From the IMG/VR virus record IMGVR_UViG_3300005239_002148: DNA of 41,875 bases; one strand, written 5' to 3'. The notes under the pieces are model-generated. The model was not told the origin of the DNA. It made no database searches and was given only the letters and a program-made list of their open reading frames with translations. This document shows positions 38,966 through 41,875 of the stretch, in pieces. The position numbers were made by a program, and so were the translations under genes. Positions within the stretch are counted from its first letter, which is position 1; the number at the start of each line of letters is the position of its first letter. Source of the stretch: an uncultured virus (IMG/VR IMGVR_UViG_3300005239_002148). Its lineage: Duplodnaviria > Heunggongvirae > Uroviricota > Caudoviricetes.

Positions 38966-40972
38966 CTATCTAAATAAATATCTAACTATAACTATTCCAG
39001 ACCCGCCATTACCGCCAGTTTGCGTCGCAGTCGTCGCCATAGCGCCGCCGCCACCACCACCCGTGTTTGCACCGGCAGAAGTCCCATTGTATCCCGCTTG
39101 TGCGCCGTTCCCGCCACCGCCAGATCCTCCACTACCGCCAGAAGTAAGACCGCCTCCTCCTCCGCCGCCTGCATATCGTACGATTGAACCACTTATACTA
39201 GAAACTTTCCCTTTACCGCCATCACCACCTGTGTCAGTGCCAATCGCATCACCGCCTACAGCGTTAGCACCACCTCCACCGCCCATTGAGTAAGCTGTAC
39301 CCCATGGCTGACTGCCCCCGCCATTATTACCTTGACCGGCTGTGCCACTCCCACCTTGAGAGTTACCAGTGGAATGACCACCACCGCCGCCACCGGATCC
39401 GCCACTATTAGCAATATTTGCATAGGATCCACCATCTCCACCGCCTAATGCAGTAAGTGTTCCACTAGCGGCATATATTACACTATCTGCGCCAGGCCCG
39501 CGGGTACCGCTAGAACCAGTTTGCCCCGCCCCACCAGCTCCAACAGTAATTGCTATACTACCAAGTTCAGCATTATATGATCCTTCTAACATGCCGCCTG
39601 CGCCACCACCGCCGCCTCCAGTAGTGTTGTGTTGTCCGCCACCACCGCCGCCACCACCTGCAACTATTAGATATTCAATAGTAGAAGTACCACTAGCAGA
39701 AAGAGTATTTACTACTAAATTCCCGCTAGAAGTAAAAGTATGAATTCTATAATTGCCGACTTCAGTTATAGTACCACCGGAAGCACTTACAAAAGCTAAA
39801 GCCGGCCGATATATTGGACTCGCTGTGCCAGTTCCATAAAAATCAGACATTCTTAATGTTTCATTCTGAGCCGCAGTGACCTGACTTCCTATTACTATTC
39901 CTTTAATATTTACAAGAGGAGAAAAATTACTATCAATATTATTATGATACGGCACACCTATCGTATCAGCAATTACTGCAGAATCGTTTGCATTTAGACT
40001 AAAAGCTGTGCCATCAAGACTAGCACTCTTCTCGTTGTTAGTAGTATTCTTTGCTTTAACTCTAAAAGATCCTTGAGCTTTTAGTTTAAAATTGTTACTA
40101 GTACTATTTACTGGTAAATAATATGAGTATGGATAAACTGGTAAATGGTCATTCTCAGCTGCTGGAGTGTCTCCCCAATATGAACGATCAGGGCCTTGAG
40201 AACCTTCCCATTGCCTAAATTCAGTATACATTTTTAAGTAATCGTTATTATACCCACTTACACTTTGGCTTGAAGGTCCGTATCCTTGATTAAATGTCGT
40301 ATTCGGTCCATAATCATCAAAATTCATATATTCTTGATATCGTTGGTTAGGATTCGATATTGTTACGCCAGCTGCAGGATATGTTCCCCAGAACGGTATT
40401 TCTCCTTGTGACCTCCCCATAAATAGCGTTTCATTTTCGACCCTCAGATTAAACATATATCGGTTTCTTGCTCTTCTTTTATTAATTCTAGAAATTATAT
40501 CTGAACTATTTTGATCTAATATTTCGTCAGGGTTCGATCTCCATCTTTCATGAATATCAGATATTTTTATTACATTAGCAGAACTTCCTGTTACTACAGC
40601 CGAATACATAACCGCGTTTGAGGCTGTCCCGCCATATGCTCCTCTTGATATAGTATAAACTAATCCATCTTTTGGAAATAATATTTTAATACTAGTAACA
40701 GATTGTGGTCGCCAATGAATATCTAACATGCTGTCGAAGAAATAATAGCTTCGTCCATAAGTGTATGCTCTAAAGGCTGTCAGGGCAGAAGGAGGATTGA
40801 TTAAAAGAATTTCACCTCTTCCGCTGGATCTTCCTCTTGGAAAAAAGTTACTTTTAGTACCCGCAAAATATACTCTCGTCTGGGGGTTTGTCCCAGTGGT
40901 ATATTGAACATATTGATCGCCTAATGTTCCTCCATAGGTTGACGATGGACCATAGCTAGTCGAAAGATTCAT
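38966..40972 (-). CDS. Tail/adhesin protein with C-terminal glycine-rich domain (probably the 3' part of a longer gene)
   Basis: SGGTIT..GNYRIHTFTSSG...IEYLIVAGGGGGG...GGGGAGG...YAGGGGGG...NTGGGGGG...GGSGIVIVRY is the phage glycine-rich domain. LRMSDFYG linker precedes it. Confidence 0.88.
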   Translation of the reverse strand: MNLSTSYGPSSTYGGTLGDQYVQYTTGTNPQTRVYFAGTKSNFFPRGRSSGRGEILLINPPSALTAFRAYTYGRSYYFFDSMLDIHWRPQSVTSIKILFPKDGLVYTISRGAYGGTASNAVMYSAVVTGSSANVIKISDIHERWRSNPDEILDQNSSDIISRINKRRARNRYMFNLRVENETLFMGRSQGEIPFWGTYPAAGVTISNPNQRYQEYMNFDDYGPNTTFNQGYGPSSQSVSGYNNDYLKMYTEFRQWEGSQGPDRSYWGDTPAAENDHLPVYPYSYYLPVNSTSNNFKLKAQGSFRVKAKNTTNNEKSASLDGTAFSLNANDSAVIADTIGVPYHNNIDSNFSPLVNIKGIVIGSQVTAAQNETLRMSDFYGTGTASPIYRPALAFVSASGGTITEVGNYRIHTFTSSGNLVVNTLSASGTSTIEYLIVAGGGGGGGGQHNTTGGGGGGAGGMLEGSYNAELGSIAITVGAGGAGQTGSSGTRGPGADSVIYAASGTLTALGGGDGGSYANIANSGGSGGGGGGHSTGNSQGGSGTAGQGNNGGGSQPWGTAYSMGGGGGANAVGGDAIGTDTGGDGGKGKVSSISGSIVRYAGGGGGGGLTSGGSGGSGGGGNGAQAGYNGTSAGANTGGGGGGAMATTATQTGGNGGSGIVIVRYLFR

Positions 40973-41875
40973 ATATTCAAGAGTAGCGACCGTATCTCCA
41001 AATTATCTACATAAGTCTGAGGTGTGCTTAATGTACTAATCGAATTTACTGTTTCAACTTTTCTTTCTTCAATATCAAACAAAAGCTCACCATTATTATA
41101 AAAATCAATATCAGATGCTTCTGCTGTATACGAAATTTCTCTATTGCCTCCTCCGCCAATAGCTCCTATTATTAAATTGGCATTAAACGAATCACTTGAT
41201 GCATCATAATCTCCTACGTGTTGACCTACAACGGCTGAATCATTTGAATTTAAAAAAGTCATTTGTGAAGATATATATTCTCCATCCATTAAAACAACCT
41301 GCTCACCTATAATAGTATTTTTTGCTGTCACTTCATAAAGGCCTTGAGCATTAAGTGACCACGATGAACCTCTTGGTAGACTTCCTCCGGTTATTGAAGC
41401 TAAAGTCCGGCCTCCAGTCTCAAATGAAAGATATTTTTCTTTTGCAGCAGTACTTAATCCATTTCGATCCGGTTGATCCCATACTGGGTTTAAACCTGAT
41501 ACTGTAGCAACGTTTAATGATCCGCCAGATACTGTATACGTATACGCTGCCGCTGGATTTCCATAAGTATACCAATGGCCGCCTCTATTAAAAGTAAAAA
41601 CTTTTCCTTCGAAAGGGAAAAATAACACGACTTGAGTCAAATTCGTCCCGGCGCTGGATGAGGCGGAATTTGCACTACCGTAAAAACTAAATGAATACCC
41701 ACCACCAGTGTTCCCAACACCAGCAGTACCACCCACACCGCCGGATTGACTGTGCGCCCTAATCCAGATATTCGAATTATTCCTCCATTAGCAAATGACC
41801 GACCTGACGGTAATATATCAGCTCCTTGTCCATTGTCTTGTGAAATGCGGTCATAATAATTACTATTGTACTGAC
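40969..41875 (-). CDS. Upstream part of the same probable tail protein (5' end beyond window; frameshifts near 41758 and 41001)
   Basis: ORF 40969..41736 repeats a module of the 668-aa ORF (LFFPFEGKVFTFNRG vs ILFPKDGLVYTISRG; LNAQGLYEVTAKNT...LNSNDSAVV vs LKAQGSFRVKAKNT...LNANDSAVI). A different frame is open from the window end (ILPSGRSFANGGIIRI vs FFPRGRSSGRGEILLI). Confidence 0.7.

Noticed and set aside
38990..39670. GC-rich segment as a foreign insertion or separate gene
   Set aside because: The high GC is explained by Gly/Ala codons of the glycine-rich domain. The overlapping small ORFs are alternate-frame shadows.
1..41875. Host assignment, tRNAs, alternative genetic code
   Set aside because: No host-diagnostic gene or tRNA was recognised. 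Core genes read through under the standard code with TAA, TAG and TGA all used as stops.

Overview
The window is the late (virion morphogenesis) region of a large AT-rich T4-like myovirus, most similar in style to marine T4-like phages. It is a draft assembly with four N gaps. All credible genes are on the minus strand. In transcription order (right to left) it holds a glycine-rich-domain tail/adhesin gene and its companion, two small conserved virion genes, a giant (~13.8 kb, ~4,600 aa) modular fibre gene, LamG/lectin and beta-propeller virion proteins, and then the canonical block gp13-gp14-gp15-[two inserted genes]-gp16-gp17-gp18-gp19-gp20 (portal truncated at the left edge). T4-type late promoters (TATAAATA) precede most transcription units. 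Three things stand out. (1) The Asp-Ser dipeptide is strongly enriched and module-specific in predicted outer virion proteins, including a 17-18x nonapeptide array, and is nearly absent from terminase and gp13; this is a candidate virion modification (e.g. glycosylation) sequon. (2) Two glycine-zipper proteins with T4 internal-protein-like capsid-targeting leaders are inserted between gp15 and gp16. (3) Several apparent gene splits are each repaired by restoring one base in a short homopolymer, so they are probably sequencing errors. All assignments come from motif recognition by eye; no database search was run.
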